From Eledone cirrhosa (taxonomy: Eukaryota), in contig OZ024756.1 in NCBI GenBank assembly GCA_964016885.1, positions 17,112,001 to 17,176,000 of the forward strand: 64,000 bases of DNA, given 5' to 3'. Positions 12,980-34,386 of this stretch are shown here, piece by piece. Below the pieces are notes generated by a model, which had not been told where the DNA came from, did not search any database, and saw only the letters and a program-made list of their open reading frames with translations. Position 1 is the stretch's first letter, and the number at the start of each line of letters is the position of its first letter. Both the position numbers and the translations under genes were made by a program.

Positions 12980-15900
12980 GGAGAGGGGACTGGTGTAGTA
13001 AACTAGAGGGTGGGGAGAGGGGGCTGGTGTAGTAAACTGCAGGGGGTGGGGTGAGGGGGACTGGTGTAGTAAACTACAGAGGGTGGGGAGAGGGGGCTGG
13101 TGTAGTAAACTGCAGGGGGTGGGGTGAGGGGGACTGGTGTAGTAAACTACAGAGGGTGGGGAGAGGGGGCTGGTGTAGTAAACTGCAGGGGGTGGGGTGA
13201 GGGGGACTGGTGTAGTAAACTACAGAGGGTGGGGAGAGGGGGCCGGTGTAGTAAACTGCAGGGGGTGGGGTGAGGGGGACTGGTGTAGTAAACTACAGAG
13301 GGTGGGGAGAGGGGGCTGGTGTAGTAAACTGCAGGGGGTGGGGTGAGGGGGCCGGTGTAGTAAACTGCAGGGGGTGGGGTGAGGGGGACTGGTGTAGTAA
13401 ACTACAGAGGGTGGGGAGAGGGGGCCGGTGTAGTAAACTGCAGGGGGTGGGGTGAGGGGGACTGGTGTAGTAAACTACAGAGGGTGGGGAGAGGGGGCTG
13501 GTGTAGTAAACTGCAGGGGGTGGGGTGAGGGGGCCGGTGTAGTAAACTGCAGGGGGTGGGGTGAGGGGGCCGGTGTAGTAAACTGCAGGGGGTGGGGTGA
13601 GGGGGACTGGTGTAGTAAACTACAGAGGGTGGGGAGAGGGGGCTGGTGTAGTAAACTGCAGGGGGTGGGGTGAGGGGGCCGGTGTAGTAAACTACAGAGG
13701 GTGGGGAGAGGGGGCTGGTGTAGTAAACTGCAGGGGGTGGGGTGAGGGGGACTGGTGTAGTAAACTGCAGGGGGTGGGGTGAGGGGGACGGTGTAGTAAA
13801 CTACAGAGGGTGGGGAGAGGGGGATGGTGTAGTAAACTGCAGGGGGTGGGGTGAGGGGGACTGGTGTAGTAAACTACAGAGGGTGGGGAGAGGGGGCCGG
13901 TGTAGTAAACTGCAGGGGGTGGGGTGAGGGGGACTGGTGTAGTAAACTACAGAGGGTGGGGAGAGGGGGCCGGTGTAGTAAACTGCAGGGGGTGGGGTGA
14001 GGGGGACTGGTGTAGTAAACTACAGAGGGTGGGGAGAGGGGGCTGGTGTAGTAAACTGCAGGGGGTGGGGTGAGGGGGCTGGTGTAGTAAACTACAGAGG
14101 GTGGGGGGAGAGGGGGCCGGTGTAGTAAACTGCAGGGGGTGGGGTGAGGGGGACTGGTGTAGTAAACTGCAGAGGGTGGGGAGAGGGGGCCGGTGTAGTA
14201 AACTGCAGGGGGTGGGGTGAGGGGGACTGGTGTAGTAAACTACAGAGGGTGGGGAGAGGGGGCTGGTGTAGTAAACTGCAGGGGGTGGGGTGAGGGGGAC
14301 TGGTGTAGTAAACTACAGAGGGTGGGGGGAGAGGGGGCCGGTGTAGTAAACTGCAGGGGGTGGGGTGAGGGGGACTGGTGTAGTAAACTACAGAGGGTGG
14401 GGAGAGGGGGCCGGTGTAGTAAACTGCAGGGGGTGGGGTGAGGGGGACTGGTGTAGTAAACTACAGAGGGTGGGGAGAGGGGGCTGGTGTAGTAAACTGC
14501 AGGGGGTGGGGTGAGGGGGACTGGTGTAGTAAACTACAGAGGGTGGGGAGAGGGGGCCGGTGTAGTAAACTGCAGGGGGTGGGGTGAGGGGGACTGGTGT
14601 AGTAAACTACAGAGGGTGGGGAGAGGGGGCCGGTGTAGTAAACTGCAGGGGGTGGGGTGAGGGGGACTGGTGTAGTAAACTACAGAGGGTGGGGAGAGGG
14701 GGCCGGTGTAGTAAACTGCAGGGGGTGGGGTGAGGGGGACTGGTGTAGTAAACTACAGAGGGTGGGGAGAGGGGGCTGGTGTAGTAAACTGCAGGGGGTG
14801 GGGTGAGGGGGCTGGTGTAGTAAACTACAGAGGGTGGGGGGAGAGGGGGTCGGTGTAGTAAACTGCAGGGGGTGGGGTGAGGGGGACTGGTGTAGTAAAC
14901 TGCAGAGGGTGGGGAGAGGGGGCCGGTGTAGTAAACTGCAGGGGGTGGGGTGAGGGGGACTGGTGTAGTAAACTGCAGGGGGTGGGGTGAGGGGGACTGG
15001 TGTAGTAAACTGCAGGGGGTGGGGTGAGGGGGACTGGTGTAGTAAACTGCAGGGGGTGGGGTGAGGGGGACTGGTGTAGTAAACTACAGAGGGTGGGGAG
15101 AGGGGGCTGGTGTAGTAAACTGCAGGGGGTGGGGTGAGGGGGACTGGTGTAGTAAACTACAGAGGGTGGGGGGAGAGGGGGCCGGTGTAGTAAACTGCAG
15201 GGGGTGGGGTGAGGGGGACTGGTGTAGTAAACTACAGAGGGTGGGGGGAGGGGGACTGGTGTAGTAAACTGCAGAGGGTGGGGAGAGGGGGCCGGTGTAG
15301 TAAACTGCAGGGGGTGGGGTGAGGGGGACTGGTGTAGTAAACTGCAGGGGGTGGGGTGAGGGGGACTGGTGTAGTAAACTACAGAGGGTGGGGTGAGGGG
15401 GACTGGTGTAGTAAACTGCAGGGGGTGGGGTGAGGGGGACTGGTGTAGTAAACTGCAGGGGGTGGGGTGAGGGGGACTGGTGTAGTAAACTACAGAGGGT
15501 GGGGTGAGGGGGACTGGTGTAGTAAACTACAGAGGGTGGGGAGAGGGGGCCGGTGTAGTAAACTGCAGGGGGTGGGGTGAGGGGGACTGGTGTAGTAAAC
15601 TGCAGGGGGTGGGGTGAGGGGGACTGGTGTAGTAAACTACAGAGGGTGGGGGGAGGGGGACTGGTGTAGTAAACTGCAGAGGGTGGGGAGAGGGGGCCGG
15701 TGTAGTAAACTGCAGGGGGTGGGGTGAGGGGGACTGGTGTAGTAAACTGCAGGGGGTGGGGTGAGGGGGACTGGTGTAGTAAACTGCAGGGGGTGGGGTG
15801 AGGGGGACTGGTGTAGTAAACTACAGAGGGTGGGGTGAGGGGGACTGGTGTAGTAAACTACAGAGGGTGGGGAGAGGGGGCCGGTGTAGTAAACTGCAGG

Positions 15901-16232
15901 GGGTGGGGTGAGGGGGACTGGTGTAGTAAACTGCAGGGGGTGGGGTGAGGGGGACTGGTGTAGTAAACTACAGGGGGTGGGGTGAGGGGGACTGGTGTAG
16001 TAAACTGCAGAGGGTGGGGAGAGGGGGCCGGTGTAGTAAACTGCAGGGGGTGGGGTGAGGGGGACTGGTGTAGTAAACTGCAGGGGGTGGGGTGAGGGGG
16101 ACTGGTGTAGTAAACTACAGGGGGTGGGGTGAGGGGGACTGGTGTAGTAAACTACAGAGGGTGGGGTGAGGGGGACTGGTGTAGTAAACTGCAGAGGGTG
16201 GGGAGAGGGGGCCGGTGTAGTAAACTGTAGAG
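12980..16232. repeat. G-rich 36/37-bp minisatellite, about 89 units, partly a 73-bp dimer
   Basis: Units GGTGTAGTAAACTGCAGGGGGTGGGGTGAGGGGGACT and GGTGTAGTAAACTACAGAGGGTGGGGAGAGGGGGC(C/T). Confidence 0.97.
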
Positions 16233-16678
16233 GAATGGGCTTTGTAAAAACACTAACCAATTGAAGACCTACTAATAGATATGGAATGGAAATAGAAAAT
16301 AACAATGAAGATGATAAGGATATTTAAAAGCCAATATTGCCAATGTCATTGATGGAGCACATAAAATGGGGGAATGTGAGACAGATAGTAAAGAGTGTGA
16401 GACATTTTGGCAATAATAATTTTTACATATGTACACACACACACACACACACAGACACAGACACAGATACAGATACAGAGAGACAAGTCAAAAGAAATGT
16501 TATGTTAAATTTGATCAGCTTTCTGTACTGTCGTAGATTTAAAAATATTAAACAGACACATACATTCACGTCCACTCTATTTGTACTCCTGAAGAAGAGC
16601 TTACGACACATCCATCTTTCTTTCCCCTGTTCCATATAAAGCATGAAACTAATAAGATTTTTTGTTGTCTCCTTGAAC

Positions 16679-17255
16679 TATATATATATATATACATAGA
16701 TATATATATATATATACATACATACATACATATACACAAACATATATATATATACATACATATACACATATATATATACATACATATACACATACATATA
16801 TATATATACATATACACATACATATATATATACATACATATACACATACATATAGATATACATGCATATATACACATATATATATATGTATGTATATATA
16901 TATATATATACATACATATATACACATATATATATATATATATATACATAGATATATACATATACACATACATATATATATATACATACACATACATACA
17001 TATACACATACATACATATACACATACATACATATATACATACATATACACATACATATATATATATACATACATATACACATACATATATATATATACA
17101 TATATATATACATACATATATATATATACATATATATATACATACATATATATATATACATATATATATACATACATATACATACATACATATACATACA
17201 TATATATATACACATACATATATATATATACATATACACATATATATATATATAT

Positions 17256-17286
<31 letters not shown>

Positions 17287-17350
17287 CATATACACATACA
17301 TATACATATATATACATACATATAGACAGATCAATATATATGTATATATA
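16679..17350. repeat. (TA/CA) compound microsatellite
   Basis: Direct reading. Confidence 0.95.
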
Positions 17351-18147
17351 ATAGAATATACATAAGCATGAAGATTGGGTCTTTTTTTCAAATTCGAAAT
17401 GAGACTGCATGACAATCATGCCTTTCCCGCAGATATAACAAGTCAAATGAAATAGTTAGAAGAAGGAATTGAACCCTGTTAGAAGGTAGCTTAACAGTGC
17501 TTCATATCAATCCAGTGCACACACACAGACACACACACACACAGACAGACATTATATACATATATATAACAGTTGATCAACATGATCCCACACCTCATTC
17601 GCTTGTCAAATTGGACTGAGGAAACAATGTTTCCATTGTGATTTCCAATTGCTAATATCTACTGGTAGCAAATACAGGCAGAAGGAGCAACATGAAATAA
17701 AGCGTCTTGCTCAAGGATATAACGCATCACCGGGAATCAAGCTCCCAACCTCATGATTGCGAACTCAATTCTATAACCACTCAGCCACAGAGAGAGATAG
17801 AGATAGAGAGAGAGATAGAGAGAGAAATAGCAATAGAGGATCCTATCTATTTCTTGCGAAGTCCAAACTATTGTGTTTGGGGCCACATTAGATAAACTTA
17901 TCTTGTCTGGCTCCAGACACAATAGTTTAGACCAGGTGAACTTTTGTGCTAACAGAAATGGAGAGAACCTGCTGTTAGGACTACATGACATCTCTACATC
18001 TGCATTCAAATATGTATTGTGTTCTGTCTAAATTTCTAATCTTTCCAGACCTCAAACCAATGCAGAGTTCCTAAGGTGTTGAACATAATTTCTATATGCA
18101 ATGAATAAATAAATGTATATATATATATATAATATATATATATATAC

Positions 18148-18935
18148 ATGCCCTCTGTAGTACATACAACATCCCTCACTAGCTATGCTGATGACACAAA
18201 GGTATCACAGGCAATCAAGAACCCGGCTTATGCTACTCTTTTGCAACAAGATCTGGATGTCATATACAAATGGGCTGAGGACAACATGCAACTTAATGCT
18301 GGGAAATTTCAAGCCCTACGATATCAACCTGCTAACATTAGGACAGTACAACACAATTACACCGGACCAGGAGGAATCAAAATCCTCCGTGTCAAAATCA
18401 ATACAAGTGACAATGCATCGTTTCATTCACACATTGTGAAAATGGTGACAATGTGCAGATGACTCACTGGCTGGATCTTGAGGACTTTCAAGACAAGGGA
18501 CTGAGAAACCATGTTGGTACTATGGAAGACATTTGTCCTAAACCGACTGGACTATTGCTCTCAGCTGTGGTCACCCCAGAGCTTGAGGCAATCCAACAGT
18601 ATGTCACTGTGTGGTGCCAAAGGTCCAGTCTTTCATATCTAGAGTAAGGAGCAGATATTGCAATAGCCTGGGGTTAAAGGTCCTCAACTCTTTAATAAGT
18701 TGCCAAGAAAATTAAAAGATCTACATGGTGTGGACGTCGATGTTTCAAGACATCTTGACATTCTGCTAACCAGGATCCCAGATAAATCTACAGCATGGAA
18801 TGAAGGTAACCTAAGGGCAGCAGTAATGAACTCCCTACTACATTATTGGCCAGCCAATGCAGGCTGGATATAGAAAGTGTAGCAACAAGGGAAGTACCCC
18901 AGCATGACCTCAATCAAATGGCTGGAACAGGTAAA
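18148..18935 (+). mobile_element. CR1/L2-group LINE RT 3' fragment
   Basis: LTSYADDTKV, LQQDLDVIYKWAEDNMQLNAGKFQALRY and LDYCSQLWSP; frameshifted. Confidence 0.85.
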
Positions 18936-18954
18936 AGAGTATACATACATACAT

Positions 18955-18985
<31 letters not shown>

Positions 18986-19550
18986 CAGGGTGTCCCCCCA
19001 AAATTGACATCGTCTGCAATGTGAATATCTGAGTAACTACATGTCCTAGGCAATGAAAATTAAATAGGCTTCATGTTGAAAACCTGATTTCTTTATTAAA
19101 ACAAGAACTTGAGACGGATGTAGATTTTATAACCTCTTTCACAAAGCTTCACATATGTTCAATATACGCACTGCCTCAGACACGACACATGTCAAATTGG
19201 TAGTCCAGCTCCTACCAAACACACTGTAGCATATCTTACATAACAGTCTCCAGTGTCTCAGTGATTCTCTGCTTGAATGCCTCTAAGTTTATAGGAAGAT
19301 GGGGGATATAGACTGGTCCTTTCACATAGACACATATAAAAAAAAAAAATCGAATACATTTTAACACACAAAATGCCTTTTCATTCCTAGTGAACATCAT
19401 TTTTCTACCTGGAAAAAAAAAAGAAGAAAATATTTGACATTAAACATTGTTCATTTTTAAATATTTTGCTTTGCTAAACTTTGAAATCATTTGAGTAAGA
19501 ATTGGCTACATTAGACTATGACATGACATCAATTGTTTTTGGAACACCCT
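18986..19550 (-). mobile_element. Internally deleted Tc1/mariner element
   Basis: Termini CAGGGTGTCCCCC...GGAACACCCT in TA runs. The minus strand carries a decayed transposase C-terminus MLQCVW*ELDYQFDMCRV*GSAYIEHM. Confidence 0.75.
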
Positions 19551-27950
<8,400 letters not shown>

Positions 27951-27979
27951 GTTATGTAATAAACAACATAAGGCAATTA

Positions 27980-28040
27980 TTTCATTTACCAGTGGTTTCT
28001 TCAAAGCAAACAAATTTTGCTTTCAATCATCAGAATGAAA
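27980..28040 (-). ncRNA. Type I hammerhead ribozyme, core intact
   Basis: Minus strand reads TTTCATT CTGATGA TTGAAAGCAAA-ATTTG-TTTGCTTTGAA GAAA CC-ACT-GG TA AATGAAA. Stem I is 7 bp, stem II about 10 bp, triplet GUA. Confidence 0.85.
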
Positions 28041-28137
28041 GAAATCCTGGTGTATTTATTGACATTGGATTTTAAAAATATATACATATATATATATATA
28101 TACGTGTATATATATATATACACATATATATACACTG

Positions 28138-28450
28138 AAGGCCAGTGGCTTTGGGGTTAGAGCGTTGAGCGCAGATTCATAACGTTGTAAATTTGAATCC
28201 CAGACTACGCTGTGCATTGTGTTCTTGAGCAAGACACTTTATTTCATGTTACTCCTGTAGAAATGAATTGCGATGTCACTGATGCCAAGCTGTATTGGCC
28301 ATTGCTTTTCCCTTGGACATCATCAGTGGTGTGGAGAAGGGAGAGTGGCCTGCATGGGTGACAAATACACCTTGCCCAAGCTTGTGCCTCGGAGGGGAAC
28401 TTTCTAAATGCAAATCCACGGGCATTTGTGACACCACAGTGCCTATGACA
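28138..28450 (+). mobile_element. tRNA-derived SINE, older variant with a family A-like head
   Basis: GTGGCTTTGGGGTTAGAGCG...TTCTTGAGCAAGACACTTTATTTC. Confidence 0.7.
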
Positions 28451-28462
28451 ATACATACATAG

Positions 28463-28493
<31 letters not shown>

Positions 28494-28854
28494 TGTGCAA
28501 ATACATATATAAATATATATATATATGTGCATATACATATATAAATATATATATATATGTGCATATACATATATAAATATATATATATATATATATGCAT
28601 ATACATATATAAATATATATATATATATATATGCATATACATATATAAATATATATATATATATATATGCATATACATATATAAATATATATATATATAT
28701 ATATATGCATATACATATATAAATATATATATATATATATATATGCATATACATATATAAATATATATATATATATATATGCATATACATATATAAATAT
28801 ATATGCATATATATATATAAATATATATGCATATATATATATAAATATATATGC

Positions 28855-28888
<34 letters not shown>

Positions 28889-29148
28889 GCATATACATAT
28901 ATAAATATATATATATATGCATATACATATATAAATATATATATATATGCATATACATATATAAATATATATATATATGCATATACATATATAAATATAT
29001 ATATATATATGCATATACATATATATAAAATACATGACAAGGTCACCTGACTGGGCACTGCCCACAACAGGACAACCCATCTAACCCATGCTAGCGTGGA
29101 AGAATGGACGTAAAACGGTGATGATGATGATATACATTCAGATGTATA

Positions 29149-29192
<44 letters not shown>

Positions 29193-29233
29193 AGAAGTTT
29201 ACGAAATGGAAATGCAGGTATAAAGAATTTATT

Positions 29234-29350
29234 AGGTAACAATTGTTTCTATAGTGTATGGGTTACCTATACCTCGCTATTTGAATAATATACAAATATT
29301 ATCATAAACCGAAGGTACACTGAAAGCACACACACCATGTCTTCAGACCT
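29234..29350 (-). ncRNA. Type I hammerhead motif with extended stem II (Penelope-like terminus)
   Basis: AGGT CTGAAGA CATGGTGTGTG...CATACACTATA GAAA-C-AATT-G-TT ACCT, then AATAAA. Triplet GUU. Confidence 0.7.
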
Positions 29351-29394
29351 TTATATATATATATATATGCATGTTCACATATATATATAGATGG

Positions 29395-29875
29395 GGATCA
29401 GTTTCAGTGTCCAGGAGAGGTGATTGTGTTGGTATGGACATGCAATGCGTTTGACAGCTGTATAAAAAGGTGTAGAGTGCTCAACATTGATGGAAACTAT
29501 GGAGTAGGAAGACCTGGGAATTCTTATGATGAGGTGATGAAAGCTGACCTTGCACAATTGCACCACAAGGTGATGCCACAGGACTGACATCTTTGGCGTT
29601 ATGCAGTAATACAGAAGACCTGCCTTCACATGATGTGTAGGGGCTGAAGCATTCATCTTGTATGTGCTCAGTCCACATTGTAAAGTGGTCGTGTATGTGT
29701 CACAACAAAAAACATCCAGTACACACTGTAAATGTCCAGCTGTAGAAACCAAGCCAAAATCAGTTCTGAATGAGCAAAACGCCATCCGACCTGCCTTGTC
29801 TCACAATGAAACAGCATGTCTAACCCATGCTAGCGTTCAATATGGACGTTTAAAATGTGATGATAATGATGATTA
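29395..29875 (+). mobile_element. RTE LINE 3' end, same family as 2826-4340
   Basis: Degenerate WYGHAMR...GVGRP, followed by the 3'UTR shared with SINE A and a (GAT)n tail. Confidence 0.75.
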
Positions 29876-29897
29876 TATACATATATATTTACATATA

Positions 29898-29944
<47 letters not shown>

Positions 29945-29979
29945 TCATCACTGTTTAATGGCTATTTTCCACGCTAGCA

Positions 29980-30014
<35 letters not shown>

Positions 30015-30227
30015 CATAAATATATATGTATATGTAAAATGATGATGATATATCATCATCATCGATTAACGTCCATCTTCCACGCTAGCATGGGTTAGAC
30101 ACATCCTATTTTAAGGCAAGTTGTGTCAGGTGACTACATCTCGCTCAAATAGGGGTGTTTCTGGCTGGATGCCCTTCCTAATGCCAACCACATTTACAGT
30201 GTGACAGTGTGGGCAAATATACATACC

Positions 30228-30266
<39 letters not shown>

Positions 30267-30608
30267 GTGTATATGTATATTTAAGGGCAAGAAATTGTCG
30301 AGACAAATGTATCTACATAATATGCATGTTTGTAGAATTGTATAAGCACTATACCATACGAGGATAGATTCTTAACATTGATATACATACACACACACAC
30401 ACCCATATATATATGTACACACATACATAGATGCATTGCCAAAGATAATCCGTGTAGCAAGCAAGAGAACACACATAAATGTTAAAAGTATAGGTTAACC
30501 TCTTCTTTTGTCAGACAATATAATTAATCATTTTATGTATTAATCAACATTTTAATATATGTATAAGTATATACACACACACACACACTGAAATAGAGCT
30601 TTAGTAAA

Positions 30609-31170
30609 CATTTATTAAGGCTAAATTGTGAGTCTTGGAGTCTTGTTACTTTGGAGGTTTGCCTGTTTATCACAGGGTCATCATATAAGAACCCTGATGA
30701 CCGTTTCATAGACTGGTGAAACTCTATAGCAGTGTGCCACGAGATCTTCCTAAGTGTGTCACGAAATTTTGAACGGCACATTAAGAAAATGTGAAAAACC
30801 ACGTGATCCCGATTGAGTATTCATAGCCTGTGGTGTAACATGTTACACCACATAGCTCTGTTCATTTAGGGATGAGCGAAAATGTTTCCAAATGTCACAA
30901 TGCTAAAAATTATATATCTTTTATTGTTTCGTTCGTCATTAGCATTGATCATATGAATGGCTATTGGTCAATACTTGTTTTGTCTTAAGCCTTTTTTTGA
31001 TATTTTGGAAAAAAAAAATGTTATCGTTATTAGTGTGCATATATTTTTCATATATATTTAGCCAGGTGTGCCGTTACTTTTTCATGTGTTCCAAGCTATG
31101 CCGTTGGCAAAAAAAGGTTGAGAACCACTGCCCTAGAGTAACATGACTCTCTATTTAGCTTTAATAAATG
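30609..31170. mobile_element. Fold-back pair of Penelope-like termini with a hammerhead core, split by a hAT element
   Basis: The left arm CATTTATTAAGGCTAAAT...GGTCATCA is the reverse complement of CTGATGACC...GAAACTC[hAT]TAGAGTAACATGACTCTCTATTTAGCTTTAATAAATG. Confidence 0.7.
30730..31130. mobile_element. Non-autonomous hAT (Charlie/Buster-like) element
   Basis: Ends CAGTG... and ...GGTTGAGAACCACTG. Degenerate 8-bp TSD CTCTATAG/CCCTAGAG resembles the NTCTAGAN Charlie target. Confidence 0.75.
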
Positions 31171-31789
31171 AATATATATATAGTGATATAAAATTAATTT
31201 TCTCCTTTGAAAATGAACTACAAAACTAAACCCTTTTATGGAGATCCTAAATATTTAAATTACAGAATATTAGCTTCAATCATAAAATACTGATTGGTAG
31301 AAGTCACCAATTATGAGTAGACTGGAAGACAAATTATCTCCCCTTGCTGAGGGGATATAATAAGCTCTTCAATTTTCTGACAAAACTCCCACTTCAGAGC
31401 TGGAGATGGATGAATAAATTTATTTGTGTATGTATACGTAGAAGTGTCACCAAAGCCAGCACTCACCTGGGTTATATCTTTAGCACATTAATAACCAATC
31501 AACATGTGTATGTGTGTGTGGAGGGAGCAGTAGTAATATATGTCTGGCAAGATAGAACACAATCTGACATAAGAACATGAGGGAAAGATTTTACCACTAT
31601 TTGGTACCAATGATAACTGGGTTAACATGGAAGAAACATTTGACATTGTCTTCACACAAGTGCAAGATGCTGAAGAGGCCATCATATATATATATAGGGG
31701 GAGAAGGTTCAGCAAATCCAGAGAAAACTTGTGAGGAGGGGGGGGGGGGGGGGGAATAAAGTCAGCACTCAATGCTAACGCAGAGTCTA

Positions 31790-31945
31790 TATAATAAAAA
31801 TAAAGTGGCGATGTTACATTAAGAATTTATTGATCTGGTCTGGTATATTAACCTGGATTATGAGCTGACTGTTTGTCAAACAATTGTAACCAGGACTGAT
31901 CAATAAATTCTTAATGTAACACCTCCACTTTGTTCTTATCATATA
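31790..31945. repeat. Inverted repeat with a decayed hammerhead in the right arm
   Basis: AAAGTGG..TGTTACATTAAGAATTTATTGATC pairs with GATCAATAAATTCTTAATGTAACA..CCACTTT. The motif CCTGG..TATGA...CAAAC-AATT-GTA-ACCAGG is present. Confidence 0.75.
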
Positions 31946-32130
31946 CATATATGTGTTCAGCAAAAATTGTTTTGGTAAAAAAGAGGAGTAAGCAGGAGAA
32001 AGCTCTCTACATTCATAGTGTGTAGTTACGATGAAGATTCAGTAGTATTAGAATAACATTAAGAAAGATGTTTGCCAGGCACACAAGGAGAACATGTTTT
32101 TTGCCGGCAGCATATAACATAAACGAATAT

Positions 32131-32222
32131 TTCACCTGAAGAAATCGTTCCCATACTAGCAACAAATGTAAACACTAGATCTTGGATTGCATAAGGGTAG
32201 CCATAGAAAGAATTATAATGAA
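32131..32222 (+). ncRNA. Degenerate type I hammerhead motif
   Basis: TTCAC CTGAAGA ... GAAA-G-AATT-A-TA ATGAA, then AATAAA. Stem III closing pair is mismatched. Confidence 0.5.
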
Positions 32223-32267
32223 TAAATCCTTTATGTAATCACAGCACATATCTCTTAATGTGATTCT

Positions 32268-32298
<31 letters not shown>

Positions 32299-32388
32299 TT
32301 AGGTGAGATGTTACTAGTTAGGACCAGTAAGACCATTTTTCAACTTAGTACTCTATACTTAAAAAAAGTAAAATGTATATATAACAAT

Positions 32389-32485
32389 TTTCTGCCTTAT
32401 GGTTATGATTTTACTGTTTCGATAGCAGGTAAGAAAATTTCTTATCTGCTGACGAAACAGTAAAACCTTAACCGTAGGGCAGAAT
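32389..32485. repeat. About 97-bp imperfect palindrome
   Basis: TTCTGCCTTATGGTTA..TTTTACTGTTTCG..AGCAGGTAAGAAA pairs with TTTCTTATCTGCTGACGAAACAGTAAAA..TAACCGTAGGGCAGAA. Confidence 0.85.
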
Positions 32486-32546
32486 ATTTTTAGAATGCAC
32501 ACACACACACACATAAATATTTGGACGTGCATCTACATGTGGGAAC

Positions 32547-32638
32547 ATATATCTGAGGAGCTCCTAATTCCAGAGTCAGGATCAAACATTATTCGATAGT
32601 TCCTCAAGCTGATCAGCAGTGAAACATATGTAATTAAA
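32547..32638 (+). ncRNA. Type I hammerhead motif, family shared with 43907-43988 and 63826-63921
   Basis: CTGAGGA (32553), stem II containing CAGAGTCAGG, GAAA-C-ATAT-G-TA (32621-32632). Stem I is weak. Confidence 0.6.
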
Positions 32639-32723
32639 TATGTATATGATGCTCCCCAAAAGCATCAAGTGTTCATCTCGGCATACTGCCTGTGAACGCA
32701 ATTCATTTGCACTTCTACTACCT

Positions 32724-32774
<51 letters not shown>

Positions 32775-33191
32775 TACGTACACAGCCTAGCAAGATGTGT
32801 GTCACAGTGGAAGTGATCAACAGACAACCTTGTTTCCAAGTTGGAGGGAGAATTCTGCCCCTCTTTAGACTTTGCAGAGTACATCACCAATAATTAGTGG
32901 AGTATAACGAAGAGATGTATTGTGCAATATAGACATGAATGGAAGTTGGTGATGAAGTAAGTCTTCACAAAATGTATCTGACAAAAAGGAAAAAAAGACT
33001 ATCAAAGAATTCTTGACTTGTATCACTGTTTCCCTTGCCCAACATATATTCTAGTCTATTATTTCTAATGTGCCTCAACCTATATTGTATTCAAAATCTA
33101 AATAACCTTGCTCTTCCAATTTGTATTTGACTGATAGTGAATATTTTGGTATAATTTGTACTTGACATGCACACCTATTCATGTACATGAT

Positions 33192-33419
33192 TTAATCCTT
33201 TAACATTTACATTACTCTATATATACTATTGTATTTTCGTGGTAAAGGCTTTATCTTACATAATTATCTCACATAATATTGAAGCTACAAGATTTTGATG
33301 TTATTTATTTTAGAACAATACCTTAACATCAGTATGAGCGGCCGGTTACAACCGGTTTGAACAGAAAGGAGTGAAAGAATTCTGGCCAGATATAGCTGGT
33401 TTAAATGTTAAAGGGTTAA
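33192..33419. mobile_element. piggyBac-like MITE
   Basis: TTAA-TCCTTTAACATTTA...TAAATGTTAAAGGG-TTAA; second copy at 63179-63379. Confidence 0.75.
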
Positions 33420-34039
33420 ACTGAAAAACCTCTCAGCTGCTTGCCCAACACCATATCATAATATGATAAATGGTTTTATATATTATCATGGTATAGCGGC
33501 ATGGTATGTTATTGTATAGCGGTATGGATGTTATGGTATCATATTATGGCACAGTGACAATGGTATGGTTACATGGTATAGTGATATGACAGCAATGGCA
33601 TTGTTATACAGTGGTATGACAATATATGCTAGTATGATACAGTATCAATGGTACTGTTAAATGGTAATGTAATACAATATGGTATACTGGATGGTGTGAT
33701 GAGGTGTTTAGGCTCCTTTGTCTAAATTTAGATATATGCTATTGCAGTCACTCTGTATGTGTGCGTGTGTTTGTATTTGTATCCGTAGACTTAGTCAAAA
33801 AGAATGCTTAAGCAAGTTTTTCAACATGAATTAGTCACACAAACTGAACAACAAGATGAAGTGTTAGAGAGATCGAAGAAGATGACAAAACCCTTAATAT
33901 AAAGTTCAGCAAATACAAAAAAAAAGGGGGGGGGGGGGCAAAACAATGCAAGAGATGGTCTGGATTCTGGATTAATTTTTCATAGTCAGAGAATACTCTG
34001 ATGAGATTTCAGCTAAGACATAATCTAGAGCAAGACTTT

Positions 34040-34386
34040 CTAGAATAGTTCCTCAAGTAGATTTTTAAACTGGCAGAGAGTCACTCCAGGTAGAGCCACT
34101 ACTTCTCAGAATTGAAAGACCACAGCTCCAATACTATAGACATGTGGTTAAAATGTCTCAGGAAAGAATTGCTGGACAGATTTTATGGGCAAAAGCAACA
34201 GATAGGAGACCCAGGGGTAGACCCTGAGCAAGGTGGTTGGATAATATCATGAGCTTGGCTGGTCTCGCTTGGGGATCCAGCCGGATCAGTTGGAGATGGT
34301 TGCTTCTCATAGGACCCGTTGGAAGGAGTGTTTGAGGACTCTGCCCCTCACGACCCTCTCAGGAATGAGTGGGAGAAGAAGAAGTA
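34040..34386 (+). mobile_element. RTE/Expander-like LINE 3' end
   Basis: LLLRIERPQLQYYRHVVKMSQER...RPRGRP; (AAG)n tail; homologous to 62400-62790. Confidence 0.8.
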
